A stretch of 62,986 bases of DNA, filler included, from Choristocarpus tenellus KU-1152 (GCA_964200185.2; 11 parts of 11 records of this genome joined end to end with filler, not necessarily neighbours in it); one strand, 5' to 3'; positions 13,634 through 28,009 are shown, counted from the whole stretch's first letter. The notes: generated from the letters alone by a model not told the origin. Made by a program: numbers and translations.

Positions 13634-14657
13634 GCTCCAACTTGCTCAACGGGACGCAACAATCTCCGCCCTCCAACAAGAGCTGGAGGCACTTAAGGGC
13701 ATGAGGGAATCGAGTAATGGTACGGATGTCTGTATTAGTGACTTTTCCCTCCAATCCCACCCTCAATAGTACTTGGACTTTCGTGGATGTCTGCACCTAG
13801 AATGTGTGCATGACAGCTATTGAGTGTCTCTATGATTGAGGGTAGAACTTTGGTGAAGAATATTTGCGTTAGGTAAGAACAAGGTTGATAGCGCGGTCAA
13901 GTGATGCAAAAGCTGAAATACTCCTAAGCAATACATCCTACTCTCCAAAATTTGGAACATATGGGTTGGAACAAACCTACCAAAGGAAAATGATTGCTTG
14001 CAGGTGGCACATAACTTGGTGTTTACACAGAAAATCGATCCTTTGTGTCCAATTGTCCCCCACCCTAACACAGCAGATGTAAAAAAGGATGAAGACAGCA
14101 ATGCAGTGCTGGAGTTGCGGCACCTAGTCAGGCGACTTGAGGTGAATCTGTGTATGACCTTTGGCTAGGAAGGTGTCGGGTGGTCAAGTGGTTGAAGAGC
14201 ATTGGCAATATCAGTACTTCACCATGCTCAATGATTATTCAATAGACGTAGATTGTATACCTCCAGGCAACATAGAAGCATCTCACCACATCAGCAGGAC
14301 ACGCCAGGGTAACTACAACCCTCGCCACCATAGAACTTCAGATTTGAAATTGTCCCCACACCTCCTAATTGAATGGGATACGTGTGGTAAATATCTCCAG
14401 ATAAAGTCTGTTGTGAACTCACTTCCAACCCTCACATGGTCCTGTTTGCTGCTGTAAACTTGCTAAAGGCCTCTGGACTAGATGCTGTGGATCTCAAGCC
14501 TCTCGATCCTATTGAGACTGATGCCCTTCAAGCAGAAGCAGGACCAGAAGAGATCAGTCGGAAGTTGGATGAGAGCTTGACTTCTATGGAGGAGGCAGCA
14601 AAACGACAGCTGGATCGAACTGAAAAGCTGTTGTCTTCAGTGGCAGCCATCATGTGA
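13634..14657 (+). CDS. 3' exons of a coiled-coil protein gene (approx. 13634-13713, 14074-14141, 14469-14657)
   Basis: AG/GT-bounded segments encode heptad-like LQLAQRDATISALQQELEALKG, DVKKDEDSNAVLELRHLVRRLE and EEISRKLDESLTSMEEAAKRQLDRTEKLLSSVAAIM*. Confidence 0.55.
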
Positions 14658-16647
14658 GTGATTGGATTAATGAGTTGAGATGCATGTTCTATTTTTCCAT
14701 TTTCCATTGTGCTTATGTGCAAGGTCAATGCCATCCTGATGTGCTAATACTCTATGTATATTATGTATGCACCATGCTGCAAACTCTTGCCCTGAAGGTT
14801 TGCTGAATTATTGTGTACTGTCTAAATCACACTTGACCCTCTGCTGTGCCCTCCCTCCACGCCATACCGCAGTGATGAACTCAAGGGGATGCCCTGAGCA
14901 AATTAGCATTACGTGTCTTTAGTGCAAAGGCCCTGGCATCAACAACACAGCGATTGGTTGATCCGTGTTGTGTGCTTGGCAAGGTAGAGGAAAATGCACT
15001 ATTGAGTGCTAGTATATGAACTTACAACCAATCAATGCAAAAATATATATCTTGCTGCTCTTGGTGATCACTCATGTTACAGATGGATTATAGTCATAAT
15101 AGGGTATCTTGTCTACCTTCCCTGTTTCTATGCGGGATGGGGGAGATGATGGAGTTCTGTATTGGTCCAGGCTTTCACAGGTGGACAAGATGCAAGGAGA
15201 ATGTGTTGCGCTTCTGTCGAGCCACCACAAACGGATGATTTTAACTACTTCTTTTGTCAATCGTGAAGATATATTAGAAAAGAGATTTCTTAAAAACACC
15301 CTTGTGGGAAAATTGCTGAATTCAAACAATGATAATGTTAATGATCCAGACTTCTTGAGTTTCATCTAGGGCACACTCTCAAGCACCCTTCCCCATGACC
15401 CATGTAGGGACGTATCTACTTGTTGAATCATCCCAAGTTGTCTGCATGGATAACCCTGCAGTACCAATAACCTGTAGAGTAATGTATTACCTCTAATGTG
15501 TCAGCTAAGCTCTGTCAGAGAATACTTCAAGAGTACCCAGAGCAGATGACTGAAGTAAAAAATGCAATCCATTAACATGGGGCATTCAAAATTAGTTAAG
15601 CATGTAAAAATATATGCACTTGGAAACTAGTATTAGTGAACTGTTACAAGAAGTAAGAACATCTATGATGCCTTATCTCTCGCAATGGGTGGAGCCAAAG
15701 TTTCACAAACTGCAATAGATGAAAGTAAAACAAACCAAAAATAGTCAATTTTATCACAAACAAAAAACATCAAGTCCAATTGCACCCAATCATACCTAAC
15801 AGCATCACAACACGAATCGGTGAACAAACGAAAGAATCAACACCTATCACACATACGAAGAGATGTAGCGGTGGCTTCGTCTTCATCTGCATCCATAGCC
15901 CTGATGCCAGCATTTCTTTAGCCTTCAACAAATACAAATATCACAATGAAAAATAAACGAACAGTCAACAAGAACATGAGTATCCTGAGGAGATAGAGCA
16001 ACAAAAAGCACCTCCATAAAAAATATTGTGATACTTCTCTACACATCTACCAAAGAAAATGGGTGTAAGCTCAAAACATAAGAAAACGGTAACCAAGAAG
16101 AGCCAGTGCAATCATAAATGCACAAACAAAAAAGTCTAATTTCAGCCTTGCTACGTAGAGCATAGAGGATATCAAAGTTTCCTGAGGCTGCATGAAACAC
16201 CAATCATATCAAATGTATCATGAGTAAAACACAAGAAAAAAAAATTGTATCTCTCCAAATAATAAAACTGAATTATAAAGTAGCTGCCATTGAACTTCAA
16301 AAGGCAGACAAAAACTATCACACCCAGATACACAATAAACACAAGGGTCTAAACAAAGACTCAATGAATAAACTACAAGATATAACGAAGATGGACCAGC
16401 AGCATTAGACACATCATAAAGACAAGGGATAGCAACAAAACTCCCGTAGAACTTTCTAGTAAAAAAATACAAAAATAATAACTCAAAACACACAATTTGT
16501 CAATTAGGAAAATGTATGGCATGTCTACGGAGCTGCTGCTGGTGAAGGTTCAAGTTGCTTTCACTCTTCTGGACTGCTCCCTGCATGCAACAACACGGCC
16601 ACACAAACCTAGGTTTCCCAACAGCCTACAAGTTTATCCAACTCCAC

Positions 16648-19492
16648 CTACTCAAGTGCTTGGGCTGGGGCTGGGATTAACTCCTTGTTCAGATTCCCCG
16701 GTATGTAGGGGTCCCCTTCAGACAAAATCCTATCCCTTGCAGAAGAAATGTTGAAGCAGCACCTTAGCTTCCTGAAAATTTCCTTCCAGAAGTCATTATC
16801 TTCACTTGATGCTCTTGGGTTCCATTGGCTTGTCCCCAGAGACGTAAGTGGGGCATTGAGGATGCCACATGGTTCTCCTTCCTGTACCAGTGGCGCACTC
16901 CTTGACCTTTCGCCCTCATCCTCAACTACTGACTCTCCATTGTATGAATGTGTACCAATACCTCCCCCTTCAATCTTAGCATCAAGTTTGCTATCGCCAT
17001 CTCTTAGTTCCCTCATCTTACCTATAATATCATCATCATCGCCCTCTTCCTCCCCCACGCCCACTTGCAGGGCTTGCACTGGAGCTGCAGCCTTCCTGAC
17101 ATTATCTACATTGGTATCTCCACCTTCCACACCTCTGCCGTTGTTGTTGGTAGCAACACAGGTGTCCACAGCTGCATGCAATGGCCGTCTTGTGGAAGGA
17201 AGTCCTGTGTAGGGTGATACCTCAGTCATGGGAGTGTGGATGCTGGGGTGTGACTCCAGCAGTGTTTCATGAGGGACAGTCCTACCATCCCCCACAACCA
17301 TTTGTGCTTCCATTGCTTCGAGTGCTGCAACATTCTCATCCTTCCCATTCCTTGCTAAGGATTTGTTGTGAGACTTAGAGGGAGGACCATCACTGTCAAC
17401 CACAGCAATGGACAATGGCTGCAGGGGTGACCTCACCACCTCTTCCCTTCTTGACAGTTTGCTATCCCATGTACAGGGCTCAGCAGTCAGGGGCGGACTG
17501 ACCGGGAGTATTGACAACTCATTTCGCAACGAAGTGACAGCTGTGTCCTGGGTTGAGTGCGTCTGCACCACCTCTTTGATCACTGGACTATCATTAGACA
17601 CCGCTACAAATGCTTTCACTGCTGTTTCCTGTCCTGCAACAGAGGCTCCCACTGCGTCAGCGAGACACCGACTGTTCAAGCAAGGAGAGGCAACATTGAG
17701 TTGACCTGTCTGCTGCCGAGGTGACAGTGGTGGCAGGGACGACACAGCCTTTGAGAACTTCGGTGAGGGGGCAGTAACTAGAGGTGGAGACACGCCAATG
17801 CAGGTTCGACAGGCACGCTGACGGTCAGTGAAGCCCTCCACTTCTACCCTTGCTGTTGAGCAGGAGGCACAAACAACTCCCTTGCACAGTTGGCACCTGT
17901 GCAGACGCCGAATACGACCAAGTTCTGCCTTGCAGAGCAAACAGGTCCTTTTTCGATTGACTGTCTTTTTCCTGGGCTTGCCAATGGAGTCAACCTCAAC
18001 CCCAGCTTCATCGCTTGCGCCATAAGCGTCAGAACCAACAGAATTCAAGGAGGACACTGAGGATGATGATGATGGGCACGATAACTGAATAGGCAACATA
18101 CCTTCGGCTTTCTCCATCACCTCTTCTAATCTCCCAGCACGATCAAGACCTTCTAGAAGCTTAATGTACACCTCGCGCTTGGAACCCACACCCGGCTGAT
18201 TGTTTCCTGTAGGTCCTACTTTAGGGGGGAAGGGAGCTGCTTTCATCTCAATCCTCATGCGGTCGTATACATCGCTTACCAGTGCCGCTCTGGGACTTAC
18301 GATACTTGCAATCTTCTGATCTCTGTTACTGGATTGGTTTGCTGGTAGTGCCACCCTGAGACCTGGAGATGCTACAGTTTGCGTTCCTCTTTTATTGATG
18401 GGTTGGTTTCCTGCTGGGACTGCCTTGGGAGAAGGAGTTTCAACCCCATCTTCAGTTGAGCTCGTAGTGGGGTCATTCCCTGCTCTCATCATTGTGTGGT
18501 CAGCACGAGCTGCAACCTGCCCATTCCTGGTGATATCAGTTGAGGATGAGACGGGAAATGCAATTTGCCTCCTCTGCATTGAAGCCACCAAGGACGCAGA
18601 GACCTTGGAGGGAAAGATTGATGAAGAGGTGGGTTGAGTCCTTTTCAAAGTGACGAGGCAATGTTGAGAGGGTTGCAACACATTCAACATTTCGCACACT
18701 TCAACGGACGATATAGAGAAGCAATCAATACCAATATTCCGACTTCAGTACGGTACGGCATCCACTTTCTTTTTGCTACAAGTCAACTAGACATACAACA
18801 CACACCTTGAGAGAAGGTTTGCGATCTGGGTTTGCCGTCCCTGACATTTCAAACCCAGCTCGGTCCACGCTTTGGGACCAACGGAGGGTAGGAGGGGCAG
18901 GGTTGGATTGATCCATTGACCATTGCACCTTTTTGGCAGGCCTTGGAGTACCTCGTTCTTCCTTGGAAACAGGAGAATCTAAGGTAGTCAAACCTCCCGG
19001 GCTGCTCGCTGGTGCTAGTGTGTGGCCTTGAGGCAGCCCCATAGCAACGGCAATCGCGGATTCTGAGTCAGGCAACTGACCCACCCTAGAGTCGATGAAA
19101 GCCGAGGCCGTGCGCCTTACTGGATCCCTGACTTTGAAAGAGCTGGCTTTTGCTGCACGGGTCCAAAGCTGGGTGCGGCCAGCATTTCCAGTGGCATTGG
19201 CCTTTCTACTATTCCTCACAGTACCCTTGGCCAACTGAGTAGAAACAGGGATATATGAAACCAATGGGACACTAGAGCGTCGCCCATTCGATAGAGTGGG
19301 GTGCGCCTCTAGGCCAGATCCATCCTGGCTTGTAGTATTGACCTCAAAGCTCTCTTGGGGGTACCCTGATTGGTGTTTCGGGAGAATTCTATCTTGAACA
19401 TTCATGGTGCCACTACCAGAAGAGGTTGCTATCCTGCCCCCAAACCTAGAAAATCGTTGTTTGGTGGAGGGGTCGATTTGAGCAGTTGTCAT
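16648..19492 (-). CDS. FYVE-type zinc-finger protein with long low-complexity regions; likely continues in small exons down to ~14900
   Basis: ORFs 18776-19492 and 16648-18699. Motif CLLC...RIRRLHRCQLCKGVVCASCS...RACRTC has the 8-Cys FYVE spacing. A downstream GT-AG exon near 15920-15857 encodes AKEMLASGLWMQMKTKPPLHLF. Confidence 0.75.
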
Positions 19493-20801
19493 GGATGGAT
19501 CATCCTTCTGCCGCAGATAAGGAAAAACAGAGGTAGGTCAATAATTACTGGTTGAAGGGTTTCGTGTAGAGTTTGTATCCTGGTTGTGAAAATACGAAGC
19601 TCGAATCTCCCCTCAAACCAGGAGTTGATATGTCTATCTAAACACAAGGAGGGTGTAGCTGGATTAGGGAATGTCACCTAAGTGTGAATTGCAGAGAGGC
19701 AATCACAGCACCTGATGGCAAGAATGGTCCATCTCTATTTCCCTTGAAAGATTTCTGCGTCCCACTCGGAGACCAGAAGTGTAAGGACCCGCACGAAGGC
19801 GACAAGGACCCTGGAAGAGAGCTGATGATTCAGCCCCACAACCTGGTCCCCTCATTTTAGAACCATATCAACACGTCGAAATGATACCGAGATAAGGATG
19901 TGGAATGTGAACGGGAAATAGAGAAACATTGGATAATAATAGGAGTTCACCAAAAGTACACACCAACAACACTGGCTCTATTTTTCAGTCATTGTTTTGG
20001 AGTGGAGAGTGGACACAGTTTTTTTTTAGGGTCCTATAACCTCTATTTATTGTTTTACTTATGGTTTGAATTAGTAATAAAGAGAAATAAAATAGTACAT
20101 ATAATTCAGAGCATATTTATTTGGAACCTCAAAAAACAGCATTGTGAAGGTGAGGTCAATTCCATATATATTTTATTAAAAAAAACATCGGGAAGGTGAG
20201 GTCAATTCCATATATATGGATAAGCTAAGCCATCCACTCATACATTTATCGTTAGGTGGTGTCGCACTCGGAAAAATTCAATCTTGTTGTATGTATTTTT
20301 GAATCTGTTTATTTAGAGGATTATCGTGTGGGTTGGAGGTATGATGGGTGATGGTTGGCTGATCGATGGAGATAAAGACAATTTGATGAGAAGGAGTGAA
20401 AGGAGTAATTATATACAGTAATTATATACAGTAATTATATCAGAATATGTCACCACTGAACATATTGATCCACCTGTGAGAACTGGAAAATGGAATATTT
20501 TAATACTAAAATCGATATAAATGGACGGTCGGACGGAAATTTGGTCAATCAATTACCTCAAATGCAAAATTATCTCACTCTACAGATGGTTATTTCTTCT
20601 TACTGTGAAGGGGACAGGTGCCTTTCTGAGCTGATCTCAGTCCAGATACACTAGAGAAAAGTTTGAGGACCCTCAGACCACTTACGGTTGAACATTCACA
20701 AAGATGTAATATCACCCATCGGATCTGAGACCCCATCAAAACTTTTCCTAAGATTTGATAACCGAGGGAGCTTTGGGTTTGCTGGAAGCACCCCACCATG
20801 A

Positions 20802-20873
20802 CACAACTAACAGGGGATTCGGAAAATTGAGGATGGAGCGGGACTATGAGGATGGTTGTTCTGCGAAAACGGT
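20802..20873 (+). mobile_element. TIR family B terminus
   Basis: CACAACTAACAGG...AATTGAGGATGGAGCGGGACTATGAGGATGG...GCGAAAACGGT, matching 2854-2955. Confidence 0.75.
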
Positions 20874-20973
20874 NNNNNNNNNNNNNNNNNNNNNNNNNNN
20901 NNNNNNNNNNNNNNNNNTTAATTAATTAANNNNNNNNNNNNNNNNNNNNNNNNNNNNNNNNNNNNNNNNNNNN

Positions 20974-21154
20974 GGTGCCCTCCACAAGCACCGAAATAGT
21001 TTTGAATAAAAATATATCCCATTCAAAAAGTGGCCCTTAAAAAGTGCCGAAACATTTTTTTTAAACATACCGGTACTTTTTCCGCACCATATTCGGTCAG
21101 ACCCATCCTCAACGGTACGCTCCATCCTCAATTCTTAAAACCCACTGTTTTGTG
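20974..21154 (-). mobile_element. TIR family B terminus (reverse orientation)
   Basis: Reverse complement reads CACAAAACAGTGGG...AATTGAGGATGGAGCGTACCGTTGAGGATGG. Confidence 0.7.
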
Positions 21155-24100
21155 CTTCTTGTGGACAAAGAAATATGAGTTAAGTCCCGTATCACACGAC
21201 AGGAATCAGGTTTCAGGGAAGAGTCAAAGCGTTTGTGCTTGCTTGTTCAACACCATACAAATATGTGTGGCAAGAACCTGATTACCATGGTTCCTAGTTA
21301 CATGTTCATCGTAATACTCCAGATAATAAATATAGCAACAGTAACAGCGCATCACAACAAACAACAAACGTACATTTTCGGATCTCCGAACACATGATAA
21401 TTTTTTTATCACCATTACCATTAATTCTTCGACTGGTACTGGTGGTGGTGGCGAACCAATTATTTGGGAAACGTTTTGGCAATGCACACAATACATCCCC
21501 ACTAATCATGACGTCGTGTTGTTTCCTTCTAGACCAAAAAAATATATCCTGCTTGGTTGTTGATGGTATTCTTCCTCATAACGATGAGTTGATTCAGTGT
21601 GGAGACCTTACTGGGTTTTTTTCCGGACATAATGAAAATAGGAGGAGCCCCTTGCAGCATTGTCCATCCTGCATGCACTGCTCATAAAGCAGTATGTGAA
21701 AACGGTACAAACCAGACTGAAGCAACACCGTGTGTATGCAAATCTATTGCTTCCTGGGAAGTGCCTCCTCATGAACTCGGACATCCCATTTGTATATTAT
21801 AATTGGTGAATGGTTACTACGTGCTCCAGTAGTTAGCCATTCATTACTGATATCTTCGACCTCACAAAACGATCTGTGAGGTGAAGACACCTGAGGTGCG
21901 ACCGATAATGATTTGCTGCAACCTACTGGGAGTGACGACTTTGCCAGAACTGCTGGTCGCAGCAACAGACATCTATCTCAGTGCACTAGGTGGCGGTGAT
22001 CGTGGGTATAGCAACAAGCAGGTGTCCTCGACTTCTTAAAGCAACAAAATTTACTGATTGATTGATGCCTTCTGTGTTGCCATCTTGCAGACTGTGCTCT
22101 GATTTTGTGGATGTCAGGTCTTCTTCTCAGTCAATGGCATAACGATCAATACAAACACATATCTTGCATTCATTCCATAAATTATTTACATAGCATGTAT
22201 GCACACACGCGATGTATTCACCATTCTTTACGCTATGCACACATAGTAACAGACGTTTTATTATTATTGCTGTGTTACGTGTAAAGTAACACGCATCATT
22301 ACGAGGCCAAGGAAGCAACATTATTACATACACACAATATCATGTCCTGCAACACTCCATTCATCCAGTCCGAATAATACATTTCGGAGTGTTACATATA
22401 ATACGATTTTACAACTATACTATTTAATGTTTATCACAGTGGCAACGCCAACATTCCACCCCGAGTTCAAAACCCAGAACAAGATATTATATATACTCCT
22501 TAAAGGTAAAAAATAATAGTATACTACTCTGGGTATATTATGCTGTGTCCATAGTAGTATCGTTTGACCAAAATCAATTGAGAGGTAGGCGGGTGTGGAC
22601 CCTTTTACATCCCAAATAATATTTTTACCCTGTGCAACACACTCCATTTCATTGATTCATGTGCACGATAGAGCACAGAAAATTGATATTCCCCCTTTCT
22701 ACACACAAAGTGGCACCACAATTCAGCTAAGGTTCTTTCTACAATTGTACAAAAAAAAAAATCTCTTTCTCGGGATCCTTTAAATGCAACCTTGTCTACC
22801 TCTCATTTGGTTTGACTTTACTCCATAGTTGTGAAACGTTAATGATCACAAATTGTAGGAAACGGTGTTATTTTCCTTTAATGGACTAATAATGGTGAGC
22901 GAGTACAACCAACAGAGAGGTAGGTGGGGTTACCTGTTAACGATCCCGAGGAAGGCAAAAAAAATGTTTCGTATAGTTGAAGAATCTTTGCTTAATTGTA
23001 GTGTTATTTTGAGTGTGGAAAGGGGGGGTATCAATTTTGCGTACACTATTCAGCACATCAAGCAACGAAACAGAGTGTACCGTACAGGGCAAGAAAGATG
23101 ACTTAGAATGCAAAAGGGTCCAAACCTGCCTACCTGTCCATTGGTCTGGTTCAGCTCAATTGCGGCATATATGCACATAACCCTAACCCTAAACAAGGGA
23201 GAGCTGAGAGGCATAAGAATCGAGCATCTGTACTCTGTGTGTGTGTGACGCAATCAATACTGTGATCCTAACAGGAGACGGAGGAAGGAGATTCAATGGC
23301 AGTGACATAGGAGGTGAGGGTGTGTGTACTCCCTTTTTTATAATGACGACTAACAATTAATATGATATGTTCTATAATTAGATACATAATATCACATGCA
23401 CTATCATAGTGGATGTTGAGTCTTACATAGACATGGAACGTTGCCATGGTTTTAATGTATTCTTTACCTCATTTTTCTTATATTCTTACCAATTCTATGA
23501 CTACCTGCAAAGTGTGTGTGGCCCTAAAAGTAAAACACAACACTGTGCGTCTCCTTATTTTCTCCCTTCACACTTCACACATCTGGAAATATATTTAGGA
23601 AAATGTGTATTTATACTTAGGTATTTTATTTAACTGCATACGTGTATACTCCGCTTGATGATGGTCAGAAACAAATGATCAAGGAGAACCTCCCCAGCCC
23701 TGCCTGTACCACGACCTTATCTTCATGTGTTTATGTATATCCAACTTCCTTAAGTGACTATCTCCATTTCTGCATTGAACCACTCATCATTCCCTACCTA
23801 CTCCTTCCCGTATCGTATGACCCCTCAACCAGTCTCTATCTGACGCCACAATTTCTCTCCAAATGCACTGAGGTCAAGGTCATCTATTATGACACAAGAC
23901 TACCTAGAGTCCGAAACATCACACAATTCATAGGAGTGGGTGGGTAGTCACGCATGTATCAGCACTTGAATATTTTAGTGTGAACAGTGAGAAGTATACA
24001 TTATTATACCATCGTAGTTCGATCGATGTGTTCTCTATACACACAGTAGTTCACGATACTTGTAACACACAGCTCCTTCTAAGAATTTTGACCATGTGTT

Positions 24101-25466
24101 GCCCTCAGTACAACCTTTCAACACCCTGGCTACCACACAACCCACATCTCAGGCTATGTGACTCTATACCTGTTGTCGCATACACCACTCCACCCCCCCT
24201 CCCCCTGCTATCTCCTCATCCAAGTTCAGCAGGACTGCGAGACAGGTTTGCATCTACAGAGGGGTGAAACATCGGTGACACCAAAGGACACATTCCAGTC
24301 CAATCACCAAACACCAGCTGGCCTTCATGGGTGCATGTATGAGGACTCTTGCCTCATTTCACCGCCCAGTTACCCATGCTTTAAACAATCAACACTCACC
24401 CACACAAAAGCATACAAACCTTTTAAGTCCATTCCCAAGAGCGCCCTCCACTCCATCCCCCGAGCCCCCACCTCCTAAGTAAAGTAATACCAAATTATTG
24501 TATCTCCTCTCAGAAAAACAAGTCAAGAAGTCAAGAACATCGAGGACCTTTATCCTTTTCTAATCAAGAAAAACACAACTCGTATCGGAAAAAATAGAAC
24601 CAACAATGTACCCCCCAGAGATGACTGGAAGATCAAAGAAAGGAGTTGAACCTCCTCAGGGCAGGGGGCACTGGTTTCTAAAAAGCAGCAGGCATATTTC
24701 TCCTGTGGTATAAAAAGGTAACCAAAAGAAACAAGACTACCGGCAACTACACCTACGCTATCATAGGCCCCGACACACCCTACTCTGGCATCAAACCTCC
24801 AGTATCCTGCTCCCAACTCTATTCGACTATCCTGTACACGACGGCAGCAGCAATAGCGACATGTAACATGACCACAAACAAGAGGCGTTCGATGTTGCTT
24901 GCCTCTCTCTTTCAAGTCTACCTCTCTACTTCTCTCCCTCTCTCTCTCTGTTGTTCTTTAGCAACAGAAAATTCCGTAGGCAGATGTACATATCAAAGAG
25001 TCGTAGTCTTTAAACAACAATGAAGGTGGGATAGTGGGGCTGTGGCGACAGGCTACAGGACGGAAAGTTGGAAGGCTGTAACAGCACGACCACTCCTACT
25101 ACACGTAGTTCCCATAAATAGAACCTCAAAGTGCCACAGGGTCAACCACGTAAGAGCCCTGAGAACCATTACAATACAAAACACGAAACACACACATACA
25201 AAAAAAAACATACTCTTGTAAGAACTGTCCGTCAACTATGATTGGCACAAGCAGCAAAACAAAACGCCATTTGCACTGACACAGAACAGCCAACACATCA
25301 TGCAAATGTGTGAACAGTCTAAGGAGCGGAGCAACACACACTCGGTGTGCAACAGCCCTTCCGCATATGTGCTGCTGTGGATGACAATTGAAGAGGTGAA
25401 AAAAAAAAAAGGATCGAGACCTGAAGGCATGGAAAACCACAATACGTGTGACGTTCTCTCCTCTCC

Positions 25467-25499
<33 letters not shown>

Positions 25500-25642
25500 C
25501 GCCCCCCCCCCCCCCCCCCCTTCCCCCAACGCCCCATATAAANNNNNNNNNNNNNNNNNNNNNNNNNNNNNNNNNNNNNNNNNNNNTTAATTAATTAANN
25601 NNNNNNNNNNNNNNNNNNNNNNNNNNNNNNNNNNNNNNNNNN

Positions 25643-27658
25643 ACCCCCAGGCCAGTACCCTCCCCACGGAAGATAGAGCCAGTGTGTGATGTCGACCGCA
25701 GGATACCTTAAGTGAAGATGTACATACATATGTATATATTTGATACATAAACATATATATGTAAACAGTAGAGAAGTTGAAGTCAAAACAGAAAGACAGC
25801 CGTGAAGAGACAAGGGCACGAACAGGATGGGGAGCAGGGTGTGGGAGAGGAGGGGAGTGGGTGGGGGGAGAGGGGAGGAGTCATTATGAAAGAAAGATGG
25901 CACATTCTCCTTGATCATCAAATTCTCTCTGGCTGTGGTATAATGGAACATCACGGCTGGACTCTGTTCTGTACCAAATAGGGCAATTTGTTGTCACAAT
26001 TCATCAGAAAATATTGTGGGAGTTGTCACACCACCACTAAACAACAGCGGTCAGTAAAACGACGGTGGTGCATTTAATCGTGAGCTGATCCTTTTATATG
26101 GAGAGTCCCAGGGGAGGCACAGACAGCCTTCCCCGAAAGATTTTGTTTGTTTTCTACAATAATAAGAAACTGAAGTTCAAAAGAAAAAAAAAAGAGACCG
26201 GGGAAACCTATAAAAAAGCAGAAGGAATTTCAGGAGAGTGTAGAAAAAGGCATACCCGGCAGGAGAAAAAGATATGGTCGCATTGCCTCTCTGTTGCTCC
26301 AGTAAACAAACAACTTGACAAGGTGAGTATCGGGGAAGAACAAACAATACTAGTAGATACATTTGGTTGCATGCACTACTGGTGTAACTAACAATCACGC
26401 AGTAACGCCTCTAAATACTGGCAGTACAATGATGTCATATAGCAGGTAAGCAACATCAATCAAAACTGCAGTACTCAGTACTCGAGAAGATTGCAATCTA
26501 TACCTGCACAATCTTGAGGTGAGAGAGAGAGCTGAGCAAAGATGGCTCAGGATGGTCCGTCAAAGCCCGACCTTGGCCCAGCCTGCCTTCATTGCCAGAC
26601 CCCCATGTCAAGACTGCCCCGGTTGAAGTTACTGCGGCTGCATGGATAAAGCTCACGGAAGCATCAGCTACATTCATGTGACAAGCGGTGGGGAGGGGGA
26701 GAGCGAGAGTAGTGGGCAAGCTTGAGGGACGCGTATATATTTTCACCCTTTGCCAAAAGTTGATTGGAACGAATTCGTGAATACTGGTCAAGCGATATTT
26801 GTGAGAGTACAGGCAAATCATTGATATCTGCAAGCAAATTAAGCAAGGCGCAAATAGTATGGTGCAAAACAATCTCTTGGACATTAACACTTCGGCGCCG
26901 TGTTCGAGATTATATCGCCTTACGGCCTGCCCGTGCCAAACAGTATGCAGTTAACGTGCCTGAGTTGGACAGCAATATGGTTGCACAAGGTCGACGAGGG
27001 AGATCGCGATTGGGCAATACGCGCAGTCAATTCAATGATTGAACCGTGCTTGCTCAACATCTATTGGGTAGTGCTCTACAAAAGAGCAGAGGGCCACAGC
27101 ATGCCATTCTGGAGGTGGAGTCAACGTGGAGAGAGAATCTCTTGATTGAACAAGCCGAAGTCATGGGTCATTCCCTGTTTTTATTAAGGGTGTTATGTAT
27201 CTTCTTCCTTCTTGTCACAGGTATCAACAACACGAATGTAGACAGCCGAAGTCATGAGTCATTCCCTGTTTTTATTAAGGTAGTTTTGTATCTACTTCGT
27301 TCTTGTCACAGGTATCAATAACATGAATAAAGACAACGTATCCATTCAACGACTCGTGGAATGAGCGTGGCACTCATCCTCTTCAACATGTAGATTGAAA
27401 TAAAATACACTACATTACCAACGCAACATTACCATGACCATTCCCCGACAGCCCAACAACTTCAAAAACCTTACCAATGTAGCCCGTGTGAGCTCTTATG
27501 GATCGAACGTCACCATCAGGCAACACTCTGCAGGAAGCTTCACCCCTCGAAGATGTTGGCTCCAGCCTCAAGCAGGTCACATCGCCTTCGTCTCTGTCAG
27601 AGAGCTCTTGCCCCAACCCATGGTCTTGCCACATCGTCATCGGCACATGATCCTCCAT
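25643..27658 (-). CDS. RCC1-repeat (beta-propeller) protein, 5' exons; truncated at the contig edge
   Basis: Exon 26668-26504 (HAAAVTSTGAVLTWGSGNEGRLGQG...HLKIVQ) splices in phase 0 to exon 25706-25643 (VSCGRHHTLALSSVGRVLAWG), giving canonical RCC1 repeats. The probable first exon starts at ATG 27658. Confidence 0.8.
27153..27335. repeat. Tandem duplication, 2 x ~91 bp (intronic)
   Basis: AGCCGAAGTCATG(G/A)GTCATTCCCTGTTTTTATTAAGG...CTTGTCACAGGTATCAA occurs twice. Confidence 0.9.
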
Positions 27659-27886
27659 CACTTCAGCAAAGTTAATGTAACAATTACACCCGATCCTTGT
27701 TGTTGATGTTGCTGCTCCTGTTGTTGTTGCATATATTATATACCCTACTTGGTCATTGAGTGATGTGGAACACGAACCAACACCCAATCTTTGGGAAGTT
27801 GTCGAAGTATCAAAAAAAGTGACATATCAATAAAGTATTTTTAAATGTTGAAATTTTATGAACGACAATAGTCGGTCGTGGAACAG

Positions 27887-28009
27887 CGCAAAAAACAGCC
27901 GATTTCAATAATTGAGGATGGAGCTTTTCATTGAGGATGGGCTTGACCCAAAATTGACTGGGATAAAGTGTCGATGTGTTTTTTTTTTAATATCGGCTGT
28001 TAAAACATG
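27887..28009 (+). mobile_element. Miniature (~120 bp) family B element
   Basis: Twin TGAGGATGG motifs, and inverted AACAGCCGAT / ATCGGCTGTT near the ends. Confidence 0.55.

Noticed and set aside
4742-18637. Ser/Pro-rich plus-strand ORFs opposite the long minus-strand exons (e.g. 4742-5050, 9129-9644, 16748-17212)
   Set aside because: Antisense shadows of real coding exons
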